The notes beneath the pieces were generated by a model. The model was not told where the DNA came from. It searched no databases and saw only the letters and a program-made list of their open reading frames with translations. 64,000 nt of DNA from Azolla caroliniana (taxonomy: Eukaryota > Plantae > Polypodiophyta), in NCBI GenBank assembly GCA_043228905.1, contig JBHGNT010000014.1, forward strand, positions 7,192,001-7,256,000, written 5' to 3'. Positions 49,201-60,875 of the stretch are shown piece after piece (position 1 is the first letter of the stretch; every line of letters starts with the position of its first letter). Both the position numbers and the translations under genes were made by a program.

Positions 49201-50333
49201 TGTCGAACATCCTTCAGCAGCATCTTGCATCCGGTTGATGTCATCAACCACACGTCTCCTATGCCGGCAATCCGGCATGTACCTTCATTTCCCATCCGGA
49301 CAAAGCCGTGCTCACCGGCTGTGTAGGATGAGAAGTATTTCTTCTCCGGGGTCAGGTGGAACGACGCTCCGGAATCGACCACCCAGGTCATCTCTACGCC
49401 GGCAAGGTTCAGCTCCCTCTCTTCGGTAATGAGCATTATCTCTTCTTCACTTGCCGCGAGTGCCGTCGTTCCTTTCCGGTCCTGCCCTCGCCGATCCGAA
49501 CCTCTCCGGTCCGTCGCTCCCCGGTATGCACCGTTTCTCTCCGGTGACTTCTTCGAATCGGTGTCGTCGGCTCCGTTGTCCTTTCGGTAATGCCGACAAT
49601 TCTTCCGGAAGTGCCCCGGCTTCCCACAGTGGAAGCATGTGGGCCTTCCTCTTGACTGCGACCGGGTCCCCGACTTCTCTCGTCTTTGCGGACTCCGGTG
49701 CCATTGTCTTCCCCGATCCGATTCGGTAAGCAGCGCCTTCGAGTCGGAGACCGGTTCTTTATCTCTCCGACGCGCTTCTTCGTTCAAAATACTTGTCTTT
49801 ACCGTTTGTAGGGACAAGTTATCTTCCGTGCAGGAGGTGCTGAGAGTCACCACCAAGTTCTCCCAGCTTTCCGGCAATGTACACATCAGGATGATGGCTT
49901 GCATTGCATCCTCCAACGGGAACTTGATCGCCGCAAGCTGGTTCACGAATCCCATGAACGTGCTTACGTGTTCCACCATACTCTCGCCGTCCCAGTACTT
50001 GAGGTTCACTATCTTCCTCATCAGGGAGGTCCGGTTCAACGCATTCTTCCTCTCGTAGAGGCCCGACAGCTTCTTCCACATCTCATATGCGTTGGTGTCG
50101 TTCGCCACATGTTGTAGGACGCTTACATCGACATATTGTCGGATCGTCGCTACGGCTTTCCAATTCAGGAGCTTCCACTCCGACTCAAGTACCCCCTTGG
50201 GTATTTCCGACCTGTCGATCGGTTCATACAGGTCCCGAACAATGAGCAGATCCTCCATCTTTATCTTCCAGTCGGCGTAGTTCTGCGCGTTCAGCACCAT
50301 CATGCCCGGAGGCCCACTACCGCCGCCTTCCAT
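46254..50333 (-). CDS. Copia Gag-Pol polyprotein, 1359 aa, uninterrupted
   Basis: CFHCGKPGHFRKNC, VDSGAS, HKRLCH..CTDC, HTD/DNGGE/NGLAE, LYVDDM, FTDSD. Confidence 0.96.
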   Translation of the reverse strand: MEGGGSGPPGMMVLNAQNYADWKIKMEDLLIVRDLYEPIDRSEIPKGVLESEWKLLNWKAVATIRQYVDVSVLQHVANDTNAYEMWKKLSGLYERKNALNRTSLMRKIVNLKYWDGESMVEHVSTFMGFVNQLAAIKFPLEDAMQAIILMCTLPESWENLVVTLSTSCTEDNLSLQTVKTSILNEEARRRDKEPVSDSKALLTESDRGRQWHRSPQRREKSGTRSQSRGRPTCFHCGKPGHFRKNCRHYRKDNGADDTDSKKSPERNGAYRGATDRRGSDRRGQDRKGTTALAASEEEIMLITEERELNLAGVEMTWVVDSGASFHLTPEKKYFSSYTAGEHGFVRMGNEGTCRIAGIGDVWLMTSTGCKMLLKDVRHVPEVRLNLISAGRLDDEGYTGSIRNGVMKFSKGSLIVARARKVNTLYLMNSRLCPEELNVAADTAGELWHKRLCHMSEKGMKRLAEDNLIPVKHVHLEKCTDCLAGKQNRTSFHSRPPTRRSAPLELVHTDVCQVETKSHGGAQYFVTFIDDHSRKLWTAPLKTKDQVLSVFKELHARVERESGKKLKVIRADNGGEYRGQFQEYCRSKGIRLEFTVPKTPELNGLAERMNRTIMERVRSMLAHAKLPKGFWAEAMSTATYVINRSPSVPLDGDTPQRVWTGREVSYRHLKVFGCLAYVHVAKDRRGKLDPKTRPCIFLGYGDDEFGYRVWDPVDKKIFRSRDIIFMEDKTLADWESEKKMKSSKSTGEDKLYEEQSRPARDRLALEDPAEDGEETEPAEEEDENDTGTGPDPEMDSDEEEESEEPVTEAPERRYPLRERRAPRRFPEPEHVLLTDEGEPESFEEAKHDTQSRRWLSAMQDEMDSLHENHTYELVELPKGKRALRNKWVFKLKPGDAGNPPRYKARIVVKGFQQKKGVDFDEIFAPVVKMTSIRTVLSIAASMDLEVEQMDVKTAFLHGDLDEEIYMQQPEGFEKKGKEHLVCRLKKSLYGLKQAPRQWYRKFDSFMTDEGYHKTQSDHCVFVKKFEGGDSLILLLYVDDMLIVGRDQVKIRMLKKALHRTFSMKDLGPARQILGMHIIRDRSKKQLWLSQEKYVTKVLQRFNMSEARPVGSTLPANCKLSSKQSPRTKAEKEDMMKVPYASAVGSLMYAMVCTRPDIGYAVGVVSRYMSNPGKEHWNAVKWILRYLKGTANVCLRFGSGKPELDGFTDSDMSADADTSRSTSGYVMTYAGGAVSWQSRLQKTVALSTTEAEYMAAVEAGKEIIWMKDFIRELGIRQEEYRLYCDSQSAIHLAKNAAYHSRTKHIQRRYHWIRERIEDKEFVLTKIHTDENGSDMLTKVLTPDKLEACRKRIGLERHPMPK

Positions 50334-51023
50334 TTTCTGTGTTACCGTCGCTCTGATACCAATTTGTTGAAAAACAGTGCTCGGCCACAACCGAGGAATG
50401 GGATCAACTCACAGAAAACAGGAAATAGAAAATGCACAAAACAATAGAGAGAAAGGTACACTGGATGTTTTACGTGGAAAACCCTAAATGGGAAAAACCA
50501 CGGGAGTCCTCAAACTCCAACTATCACTATGAACAGGGATGTACACTGGTGAAGCTACAAGGCAACAACCTTGAGCTCACTGTCTTCGCCACAGGCGGCG
50601 GTAATACACAAAGGCAACGACCTCTTCGTCTCTCACTCTCTCTCTCGGCTGCTCTCACTTCTCATGAAAAATGAGCAACAACAAAAAACTGTTTGCCCTA
50701 AGTCATATTTATACATATATGACTTTCGGGCTATTTACAAATATAGCCTCAAGGGCTCTTAGCAAACATATTCACAAGTATGTCCCCGCATCCGAATCTC
50801 TCTCCGGGTACATTCGTCATCCGGCTCCGTAACCGGGGTCTTCAGCATCCGGCTCCGTAACCGGGGTCTTCATCATCCGGATCCGTATCCGGGTACTCTT
50901 CATCCGGCTCCGTAACCGGGGTCTTCATCATCCGGATCTGTAACCGGGGTCTTCATCATCCGGATCTGTAACCGGGGTCTTCATCACTCGAACATCCCAT
51001 CCGGAGGGACCGAAATCCCAACA

Positions 51024-54000
51024 TCCCCCTCAAGTTTGGCACGTCGAGGTGACGCAATCCGAGCGCACCTGAGAATTGCCGCAAACCAAGAGGCTTGGTG
51101 AAGATGTCGGCAGTTTGCCGATCCGTCGGAACGTACTGAAGTTCGACTTCACCGGAAAGGACACGCTCACGGACGAAATGGTAGTGCACCTCAATGTGCT
51201 TGGTTCGTGCGTGGAAAACGGGGTTTTTCGCGAGCTGGACGCTGCTAAGGTTGTCGCAGTAGATCGTCGTCGGATCTGACACCTCCTCTTGCAGGTCCTT
51301 AAGTAGCCACTTCAACCATATGGCTTCGCATGTCGCGACAGCCGCTCCTCGGTACTCAGCTTCGGTGCTCGACAGTGCAACTGTCGGCTGCTTCTTACTG
51401 CTCCACACGATTGCGGCACTCCCAAGGGAGAACGCGTATCCGGACGTGGATCGGCAATCGGCGGCGTTGCCAACCCAATCAGCATTGGTGTAGCCGACTA
51501 ACTGCACGGTTGCACCGGTCCAATATAGCAGTCCCCGGTCCTTAGTGTTGTTGACATACCGAAGTATGCGTTGCACACATTGAAGGTGCTCCTCGGTAGG
51601 TCACGCCATGAACTGATTGATCACTCTGACCGGATAACTGAGGTCGGGTCGGGTGATGGTCAAGTATATGAGGCTTCCAACAATTTGTCGGAACCTCGTC
51701 GGGTCACATACCTTTCTCGTATCGGGACGAAGCTTGACGGTTCTGTCCAGAGGAGTCGAGACGGACTTACAGTCGACCATCCCGAATTTGAAGAGCATAC
51801 TCAGCACGTAATGACGTTGGTTGATCAATATGCCTTCGGGGGTACGGATCACTTCGATCCCGAGGAAGTAATGAAGGTCCCCCAGATCCTTCATGTCGAA
51901 CGATGCCGCAAGCTGGAGCTTCACGCGGTCGATTTCACCTAGGTCGGCGTTGGTGATGACCAAGTCATCAACATATAGTAAAATACTAACCGGTCCGAGT
52001 CGACCTTTCCGGATGAACAGGGAAGAGTCCGATTTTGACGTGACGAAGCCCATCCAACGCAGTTGTTGCGTGATCTTCGCGTTCCAGGCACGCGGGGCTT
52101 GCTTTAGTCCGTAAAGGAACTTCTTCAGTCGGCATACTGCTGAGGAGTTCGTTCCGGAGTGAAATCCGGGGGGTTGTACCATGTACACCTGTTCCTCAAG
52201 GTCACCTTGCAGGAACGCATTCTTTACATCCATCTGATGTAAGTGCCACCCTTTCACCGCAGCTACTGCGAGCAAAACACGGACGGTCGTCATTTTCACG
52301 ACCGGCGCAAACGTCTCATCGTAGTCGATGCCGTGTTTCTGCGCGTAGCCCTTTGCCACTAGCCGAGCCTTGTACCGGTTGACCGAGCCATCGGTGTTGT
52401 ACTTGACCTTGTACACCCACCTACACCCGATCAGTTTTACCCCTCTTGGTGTGTCAACCAGGTCCCAGGTCTCGTTCTCCGCCAATGCGTGCATCTCTTC
52501 CTCCATCGCGGCACGCCAATTCGCGTTTTACCCGCTTCTGCATAGCTCTCCGGCTCACGCACTTCCGCTACACGAGTCATGTACGCATAATGATGCGCCA
52601 TGTACTCGTTGTATCCGAACCGCAAAACAGGATTCTTCTAGCGGGTAGATCGGCGTAATCTCACATTAGCCGATGTCGAGGCCTTCTCGGTTGACGCGGA
52701 CTTCACCTTTAAAGACCCGTCACCGGTTCCCTCGGAGTCGGACTCGCGTTGGTCTGACTCGTTCCCATCCGTGCCGGAATCCGACACCTTCTTCTTCCCT
52801 TTCTCTTTGCGCATAAGCCGTCTCCTCGGCTTCCTGCGCGGGAAATGCACGGCCGAGTCTCCACTACTCGCCAGCTCTTAATCGGACTGATCGTACCCAC
52901 TCAGTCATCCAGTTGGTCCACTTAAACGGAGTGAAATCGGACTCTCTTCGCGGGTCTCGATTTCGGGCCCATCCGGAGGCATCTCGGCCTCGCTGACCTC
53001 ATCATCAGAGCTCGGATTGGAGTCGGGCTTCGGAGTCGGGGGCTGGTACCAGGACGTGGACTCGTCAAACACGACGTCGCGGCTAACACGCGCTTGTTTG
53101 GTGCGAGGGTTATAGCACTTATAACCCTTCTGCTCGTCCGAGTAACCGACCAAGATGCATTTCTCGGCCTTTGCGTCCAACTTCCTCCTTTTCTCCTTCG
53201 GTACATGCACATACGCAATACTACCGAACACCCTCAAGTGTCGCAAGTTCAGCTTCGTTCCGAAATATAGCTCGTGCCCCGACACTTTCTCTCCGATCCG
53301 GTTCTGGATGTATACTACGGTCCTTACCGCCTCGGCCCAGTAGAACTTGGGCAAGCTCTTCTCCTCCAGCATTGCCCGTGCCGCTTCCACAACTAACCGA
53401 TTCTTCCTCTCAGCCACGCCGTTCTGCTCTGGCGTGTATCTACAACTGAATTCGCGCCGAATTCCCATTTGTTGTAGATAACCGTTGAATTGACTAGAAA
53501 AGTACTCTTTCCCGCAATCCAACCGCAGGCACTTGATCTTTCGTCCCGTTTCCGTTTCCACGAACCCTTTGAGGTCCCGGAAACAGTCGAAAACTTCGCT
53601 CTTCCTCTCAATGAGGTAGATCCACGTGTGCCGCGTGTGGTCGTCGATGAAGGAGACGAAATATCGGCTCCCGCCAAGACTAACGTTTTGTGCCAGCCCC
53701 CATACATCGGAGTGTATAAGGTCGAGCTTGTTCCGTCTCCGGTTTCGCTCGTTGGGGAAAGGAAGTCGGTGTTGCTTCCCGAGCTGGCAGGCTTCACAAA
53801 TTTGTGCCTTTCGGCCACTAAATTTGGGCAATCCGAACACCACTTGTTTCGATTGCAGGTCTTGAAGCCGCTGGTAGTTGACGTGGCCTATCCGCTTGTG
53901 CCACAAGTCGATGTCCGACTCGGATTTTTGTTCCTTCGCGAACATTGCAGTGCTGCCGTCAATGGAGTCGAGGATGAACATCCTCCCGTCTCTGCGCCCT

Positions 54001-55242
54001 TGCGCAATCACACGGCCTTCTTCCTCAATGAAGCACCCGAGGTGTGTAAACCGAACCTCCATCCCTTGGTCGACGATCTGTCCGACCGAGACCAAGCTCT
54101 TCGTGATTGTCGGAACGTGCAGTACGTTCATGAGTTTCCCTTTCTGCCCGACATGGCTAAGGAAAACTTCTCCGACATTCGCGATCGGATGCGGAGTGTC
54201 GTCTCCAGTTGCGACTACTCCAAGTTGTATCGGTTTTTCAAGGTACGAGAACCACTCCTTATGGTTCGTCATGTGGTTTGACGCGCCGGAGTCTACGTAC
54301 CACACCTCGTCCGATCTCGAGGTGCTCCGTTTCATTGAGTTTGCTTCGTGTCTCGTCACGAAGGCAGACCCTTCTCCGGCTCTCCCGGAGTCTTCGGCGT
54401 AGTGCGATCGCTGCTGATTTCCCTTGTCGGTATGTCCGGAACCGGTTCTCTTTGAATCGGCGCGATTCTTCCAGCACTCACTTTCCCTGTGGCCTTTCTT
54501 GCCACAGTACCAGCACTCCCCGATGGCCTTCCCTTGCCGGTTCTCATCGCTTCGACTCCCCCTGTTTCCAGAGGGTCCGGAGTTGCTGTCAGCATCACTT
54601 CGGTGCCTTCTTCCTTGATCTCGTCGGCCGCCTCCATTGCGCGCCAACTCGCCTCGTCCTCCACGTCCACGGGGCCTATCTCCCTCCGTGTACAACATTC
54701 TGCTGTCGGTGTGCGTGCTTGTCGACGCACCCGCGTGGTTCTCCTCTACCAGGAGCATTGACTGTAAGTCGAAAAAGGATGGCGTATTCTCCCAGGTACA
54801 CAGCCGTTCGGAACGCTCCGAACTTCGATGCCAAACCTCTGAGACAGATCTGGACCATCTCGCTCTCCTCGATGTTCACCTCTATGGAGGCGAGGGAGTC
54901 GTAGATATCCTTGATCTTCGAGGTATACTCCGCCACCGACAAGTCGCGTTGTCGTAGGTTGCTCAACTAATGTCAGAGCTGAAGCTTCCTGGTTGTGGTG
55001 CTCGCGGCGAAAATCTTCTTCAGATTTTCCCACACACCCTTCGGCGTCTTTGCATCCCGAACATAGCTCAATAGTTGTTCGCCCACACACGACGCGAAGC
55101 AATATAATACCCTGTTCGCCGATTGCTCCCATGACGGGAAGTCTCTGTGTGTCGATTCGGGTGCCGCGTCATTAGCTCCTTCGACATAACTCCAGTAGCC
55201 GTGCCCGAGCAGGTACTGGTGCATCTTGTAGGACCAAGACGT
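51024..55242 (-). pseudogene. Copia D gag-PR-INT-RT-RH
   Basis: CWYCGKKGHRESEC, VDSGASNHM, LWHKRIGH..CEAC, TPEQNGVAER, LYVDDL, TKHIEVHYHF; stops and frameshifts; C-terminal tail resumes at 45236-45584. Confidence 0.93.
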
Positions 55243-55372
55243 TGTCGCGTTGTTACGCGCGTGCGTGGAGAAAGGCGGGACCACGGGGGTCTTGGACTAG
55301 GGAGTGATGGAGCGTAGGAAGTCGTGCTTCACCGTCTCCGGGGCATCCCAGAAGCACACCGGAAGCAACCGA

Positions 55373-55414
<42 letters not shown>

Positions 55415-58400
55415 TTTTAACACCGACTCACGCACACACACCCACACACACACACAGGCCAACCCGACTCACACCCTTAAGTACAGGAAATGCAAGAAGG
55501 GGGGAGCACCCGACACCAACGAACACGCGAATATACACAGACAGACGCAAACGTATATATATATATATATAAAAGAAGAATACATTCCTGGCGTCGAGCC
55601 GGACCAAGATAGCTTACAACAGTCGTCTATTGTCAAGCCGCCGTCGGGGAGCTCTCGGGCCCGTCGCGCCGAGCGGGGTCTTGCACAGGAGGCCGAGGCG
55701 AAGCAAACCCTAAGTAAATCGCGAAGGGGAAGAAGAAGAAGAAGAAACAGAAACACTAACCCTAGACTAACGGTATACCCTCTAACGCAAAAATGGGCAA
55801 CCCTTTCACAAAGGGTGTTCCCTTCCTTTTATAGAACCAAGACAGGGATGCGTTACAATGTGGGATAAACCCCGACTTACATGGGACCGTCTGTCCCAAC
55901 TTGACTACTCTTCGGCGTCATAAAGGCGCCCTCGTTATTCACACTAAATGTACAAGGGTGGGCACACACGTTGCACCCCGCCGATGCAGCCAATGTTTCC
56001 CGGTTTCCGCCTCTGGCCGAAATTCTTCACGACATCCGCCCCGCCCCCACCTAACTGCACGTCCACCGGTACGTGCCAAATCTGGTTGAAGGGTGAGAGA
56101 TTTCGGTCGGTGAGAAACCGGTCTCCAGTGATCCGCATCTCGGCTCGCTGCCGGTTTGATCCGTCGGCTTCGAGTCTTCCTTCGCGCTCGCCTCCCCGTA
56201 GGCTCGTTCAACCCATCGATGGGTCCTCTGCCGCGATCTCCGTAGTACGCGTACTTTCGTTGGCCCTTGTTCGGTCGTATGAACGCCCCACTTCCCGTCG
56301 TATGCCCGATGTCCTCCGCTTGAGGCATGCCCGTAATGGCCCGCTTGGCCTCCGTTGTCCAATCGCGATGTCCTGATGGTCGTCCCATGTTGTTTCGCAT
56401 TGCCTTCGTCCTTTCGCCGCCACCTTCCTTCTCCACGGTCTTACATCGCCGCGTCGGCTCGAACCACCATGGTCTCCGGAATAGTGTGGAGGATCCCTTT
56501 CCGGCCTGATCGTGCATCTTCGCCCACCCGCATACCGGTGTCCTTTGCATCCGAGGAGCACCCCGTAGTAGCCTGCTTGGCCCTTCCAGTCTTTGTGCCG
56601 TTGCAACAGGTCCCGAGTCTTCCGCTTGCCGTTGTCCCCTCGCCCCACCAGCTTGTCACTCCGGGCTTGCCGTGTCAGTCTTCGCTACTTCGACGGAGCT
56701 CCCGAGATCTACGAAGCGAGTGTGGAGGATCCTCCTTCGGCCTCTCTTGCCATCCCCTGACTCCGACCCTGTGCAGTCCACTCGGCACTTGTCACCTCGT
56801 TCCCGGCACCTCCCTTGTGCCGTCTTCCGCTTCCTTTGTTCGGCACCGCCCGTGCCGAACATTGTCCCGTAGTCACGCTTCGACCCGGCCCGCGATGGCC
56901 ACTTGCAAGACTCTTGTTCTGTCCAAGGTGTGCCTTTCTGGCCTGACACACCTCCCCGTGTTTGCCGCTACCGACTCCTTCCAAAACCTCGTGTCGTCGG
57001 GCCCCGTTCCCTGCCGCCACCGTCCTTCTCCATCGGTCTTACGTTGCCGTGTTGGCCGATCAGCCGGGGTCTTCGGATCGGTGTGAGGGTCCCATAGGAC
57101 CGAACTCCGTTTCTATGCTTGCCGTAATTCGGGTGTCTTTTGTTGGAGTCCCTCCCGGACTCTCCTCGTGTCTTCTGCGTAGTCGGGTCCCGTTTCCCGC
57201 CGCCACCAACCTTCTCTCTCGGTCTCATGTTGCCACGTTGGTCGAACTGCCGGAGTCTCTGGTTAAGTGTGGGGATCCCGTAGGACCGAACTTCCTTACG
57301 CCCTTGCCTTCGTCACCTCACCGCCACCGTCAGTATCTTGGTCTTACGTCGACCGCGTTGCCGACTGCCGAAGTCTCTAGAACCAGTGTGAAGGATCCTT
57401 CGTAGACCGCCCATCCATAGCCCCTTTGCCTTCGTCACCTCGCCGCCACCGTCAGTATCTTGGTCTTACGTCGACCGCGTTGCCGACTGCCGAAGTCTCT
57501 AGAACCGGTGTGAAGGATCCTCCGTGGACCGCCCATCCATAGCCCCTTTGCCTTCGTCACCTCGCCGCCACCGTCAGTATCTTAGTCTTACGTCGACCGC
57601 GTTGCCAACTGCCGAAGTGTCTAGAACCGGTGTGAAGGCTCCTCCGTGGGCCTCCGATTTGTCTTCCCGACCCTGTCCCGGGTCGTCCTTTTTCGTATGC
57701 CGAGAGGGCGGTTTACTCCGCACCCTCTCCCGTGGTACCGATGTACCGTGTCCTCGGCCTCTTCGTAGGCCTGCTCTCTTCCTCCCTCCCGGAATGGTCA
57801 TCCGGGAGTCCGCTCCGCCCGGTTCTCGCTCGGGTCCGCTCGTCCTTCTCCGTATTGCCGGGTCCCGTTCTCCTGTCGCCACCGTCCTTCTCCATCGGTC
57901 TTACGTTGCCGCGTTGGCCAATCAGTCGGGGTCTCCGGATCGGTGTGAGGGTCCCATAGGACCGGCTTTCATTCTCCTTCTGACTCTCGACCTTCGCCCG
58001 GTCGGTCTTTCTCCCCATGTAAAAGAGGGCGGCTCGTCCCACACCCCCTTCCGTATCGGCACTTTCACGCCGAATCCGGCCCCGATCGAACGATCCACGA
58101 GCGGATCACGCTTCACCCGTATCAGAATGTCGATCTCCTCGTGCCGCATCTGTCCTCGGCCTCCTCACAGGCCGTTTCCCATCCATCTTCGCTGGCATCG
58201 TGCCAGGACTCCTCGGTACTGCCATCCATCTCCTCGGTCTTACATGGGCATACGGGCCCGAATGCCGAGTTCTTCGGAATCGGGTCCGTGGGCTTTCGTC
58301 CGTTCCTTCCCCGTATTGTCTCGTCGGTGATTCTTGGCCTTTCGCCGCCGCCTTCCTCCGCTTGGGACTCACGTGGGCACTCGGGCCCGACTACCATCGT

Positions 58401-59773
58401 CTCGGGAGCAAGTGTGGGAAGACACAAAGAATCGCCCGTCCGTTTTACGCCCTTGTCCGTAGCCACCGACTCTTCGTGGTCGGCGGTCGTCTTCTTACCA
58501 ATCGCGCAAGCCCCGTCTGGGCTTGCTTCTCCAATGATCGGGATCTCGGGCTGACACGCCCGAAACCGCTGGTCCCAACATTCCGGTTCCGCAATCTGTA
58601 TCTCGGCCTCGTCCTTGGCCGTTCTCTCTCCGCAAGTCGAGAGGGCGTTTCGTTCCGCACCCTCTCCCATGGTACCGTTGTACCGATCTTCCGCCATCGC
58701 GTGGGGCAAGTTCGTCTCCTCGGTCTCGGCTTCCAGCCCCGATCTTCCTTCTTCCTCGAGCATCGCTTTGAGAGCTTCGTACGCCTCCGCAATCCTGGCC
58801 CCAATGCCGACCCTTGCCGACTCTCTTTGCCGTTCGGCCTCTTCCCGCTATGATGGCACGCTTAGCCGCTTGTTGCGCTGCTTCTTGCCTCATCACCACT
58901 CGTGCTGACTCCAACACCACTTCGGCCACCATCTCCGCAAGTTCGTCGTCTTCCGACTCCATCCTCCCTTGCCGCCTTTCACGTCGGGTTCACCAAATAT
59001 GTCGCGTTGTTACGCGCGTGCGTGGAGAAAGGCGGGACCACGGGGGTCTTGGACTAGGGAGTGATGGAGCGTAGGAAGTCGTGCTTCACCGTCTCCGGGG
59101 CATCCCAGAAACATACCGGAAGCAACCGAAGAGAGAGAGAGAGAGAGAGCGTTTTAACACCGACTCACGCACACACACCCACACACACACAGGCCAACCC
59201 GACTCACACCCTTAAGTACAGGAAATGCAGGAAGGGGGGAGCACCTGACACCAACGAACACGCGAATATACACAGACAGACGCAAACGTATATATATATA
59301 TATAAAAGAAGAATACATTCCCGGCGTCGAGCCGGACCAAGATAGCTTACAACAGTCGTCTGTTGTCAAGCCGCCGTCGGGGAGCTCTCGGGCCCGTCGC
59401 ATCGAGTGGGGTCTTGCACAAGAGGCTGAGCCGAAGCAAACCCTAAGTAAATCGCGAAGGGGAAGAAGAAGAAGAAGAAGAAGAAACAGAAACACTAACC
59501 CTAGACTAACGGTATACCCTCTAACGCAAAAATGGGCAACCCTTTCACAAAGGGTGTTCCCTTCCTTTTATAGAACCAGGACAGGGATGCGTTACAGTGT
59601 GGGATAAACCCCGACTTACATGGGACCGTCTGTCCCGACTTGACTACTCTTCGGCACCATAAAGGCGCCCTCGTTATTCACACTAAATGTACAAGGGTGG
59701 GCACACACGTTGCACCCCGCCGATGCAGCCAATGTTTCCCGGTTTCCGCCTCTGGCCGAAATTCTTCACGACA
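55243..59773 (-). mobile_element. Non-autonomous LARD-like element F of the Ylt1-like group
   Basis: LTRs 59000-59773 and 55243-56034, 4-bp TSD ACGC/ACGT, tRNA-Trp PBS, PPT like element C; no gag/pol motifs in the 3-kb interior. Confidence 0.9.
57300..57648. repeat. 122-bp tandem repeat x3 inside element F
   Basis: CCCTTTGCCTTCGTCACCTCGCCGCCACCGTCAGTATC.. starts at about 57300, 57421 and 57543. Confidence 0.9.
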
Positions 59774-60329
59774 ACGCGTAGTTGGTTCTGTCGAGCTTCT
59801 CTGTTGGAAGCGATCTCGCCATGCCTCTATCCATCGTTCTTCTTGTTCTTCTTCGTCAAGCTATGTCGGCTGCAGAGAGGTTCTCAACCCTCGCGTTCTG
59901 ATACCAGGTAAAAAATAACGTGCGGAAGCAAGTATGAAGACCGAACAGAAGGAAGAAAACTCAGGTTTAATGGAGAGCTTGAGCTTACGCAGTGTACGCG
60001 GGAGAGACAGAGAGAGTGAGAGAGAGCACAAGAACTATATTCAAAACCAAATACTCAATCTCTACTCACCACACTCCATACATATGTGTGTTCAATGAAC
60101 ACTTTTATACAAGTCCTAGAAGGACTGACAGAAGTACTGACAGTACTTCAATGCTCATTAAGAGCTCCTACACTAACTCCCAAATATATTCCCCACGGAA
60201 TATCTTTCCTAACAGCCTCCCGGTTTACGCACCGGTCTGTGTACCGGTTTACGCATTCGGCCTAACCGATCCGGTCCTCGGCTTCTTCAGCCGATCCGGC
60301 CGATGTTGAGCTTGTCTCTCAACAAGGGT

Positions 60330-60433
60330 AAATGTAAGTTACATTTTTTAGTGTGTAAAGAAAGAAAAAAAAAGGGGAAACCAAACAAAACGACCGTTTT
60401 GTTTTGAGAGATATAGAGAGAAGAGAGTGGAAA

Positions 60434-60471
<38 letters not shown>

Positions 60472-60570
60472 AAGAGCTGAGAATGAAAACCGGGCCTGCA
60501 TCATCCGGTTCTCACCGGATCTTCCTTGCCGGGTACTCATATCCCATCCGGAGGGACCGAAATCCTATCA
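60330..60570 (+). repeat. Probable distal part of the 3' LTR of the 35035-37433 Copia (pieces 37434-37448, 44497-44621, 60330-60570)
   Basis: Removing C and D at their TSDs gives a continuous TG...CA segment of about 380 bp with (TA)n; orientation of the last 80 bp is ambiguous. Confidence 0.55.
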
Positions 60571-60875
60571 TGTTGTTCACCTTGATTGTAATCACGGTGC
60601 ACCCGAGTATTTATACAAGAATGTGGAGGTATGCATGAAAGCTAGAAAACTTCTAGAGAGTGCATGAAGATGCATTCTCTAGAAGGTTCTTGAAAGTTCT
60701 AGTGATCAATTTACAAGGTAATAAGTTGAATCTTATATAATATAATGCATTGATAGATATAGCTCAACTGGTAAGGTTGTCTAGTAACACCAAAAAGGTC
60801 ATGGGTTCAACCCTCGCAATTTCATGTGGCATCCTATTTATGACAAACCTTTCATGTGGCGTCCTGTTTATGACA
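60571..60875 (-). repeat. Truncated Tcn1-like LTR (U3 part)
   Basis: Minus strand starts TGTCATAA; tRNA-like cassette 60755-60823, HSE array, TATAAATA, GTGCACC..GGTGAAC hairpin. Confidence 0.7.

Larger units (their letters stand above)
45585..51023 (-). mobile_element. Intact young Ty1/Copia element E (Tork/Tnt1-like)
   Basis: 659-bp LTRs 50365-51023 and 45585-46243 with one visible difference, TSD TCCCC, iMet PBS TGGTATCAGAGC 50350-50361, PPT AAGGGGGAG. Confidence 0.97.
44622..60324 (-). mobile_element. Ty1/Copia element D, degenerate, hosting elements E and F
   Basis: LTRs 59907-60324 and 44622-45049, perfect TSD AGGGT, PBS TGGTATCAGA, PPT TTGAGGGGGAG; gag ATG at 59822. Confidence 0.93.

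Noticed and set aside
55376-55570. (AG)n, (CA)n and (TA)n microsatellites here and elsewhere
   Set aside because: Ordinary simple repeats inside LTRs or leaders
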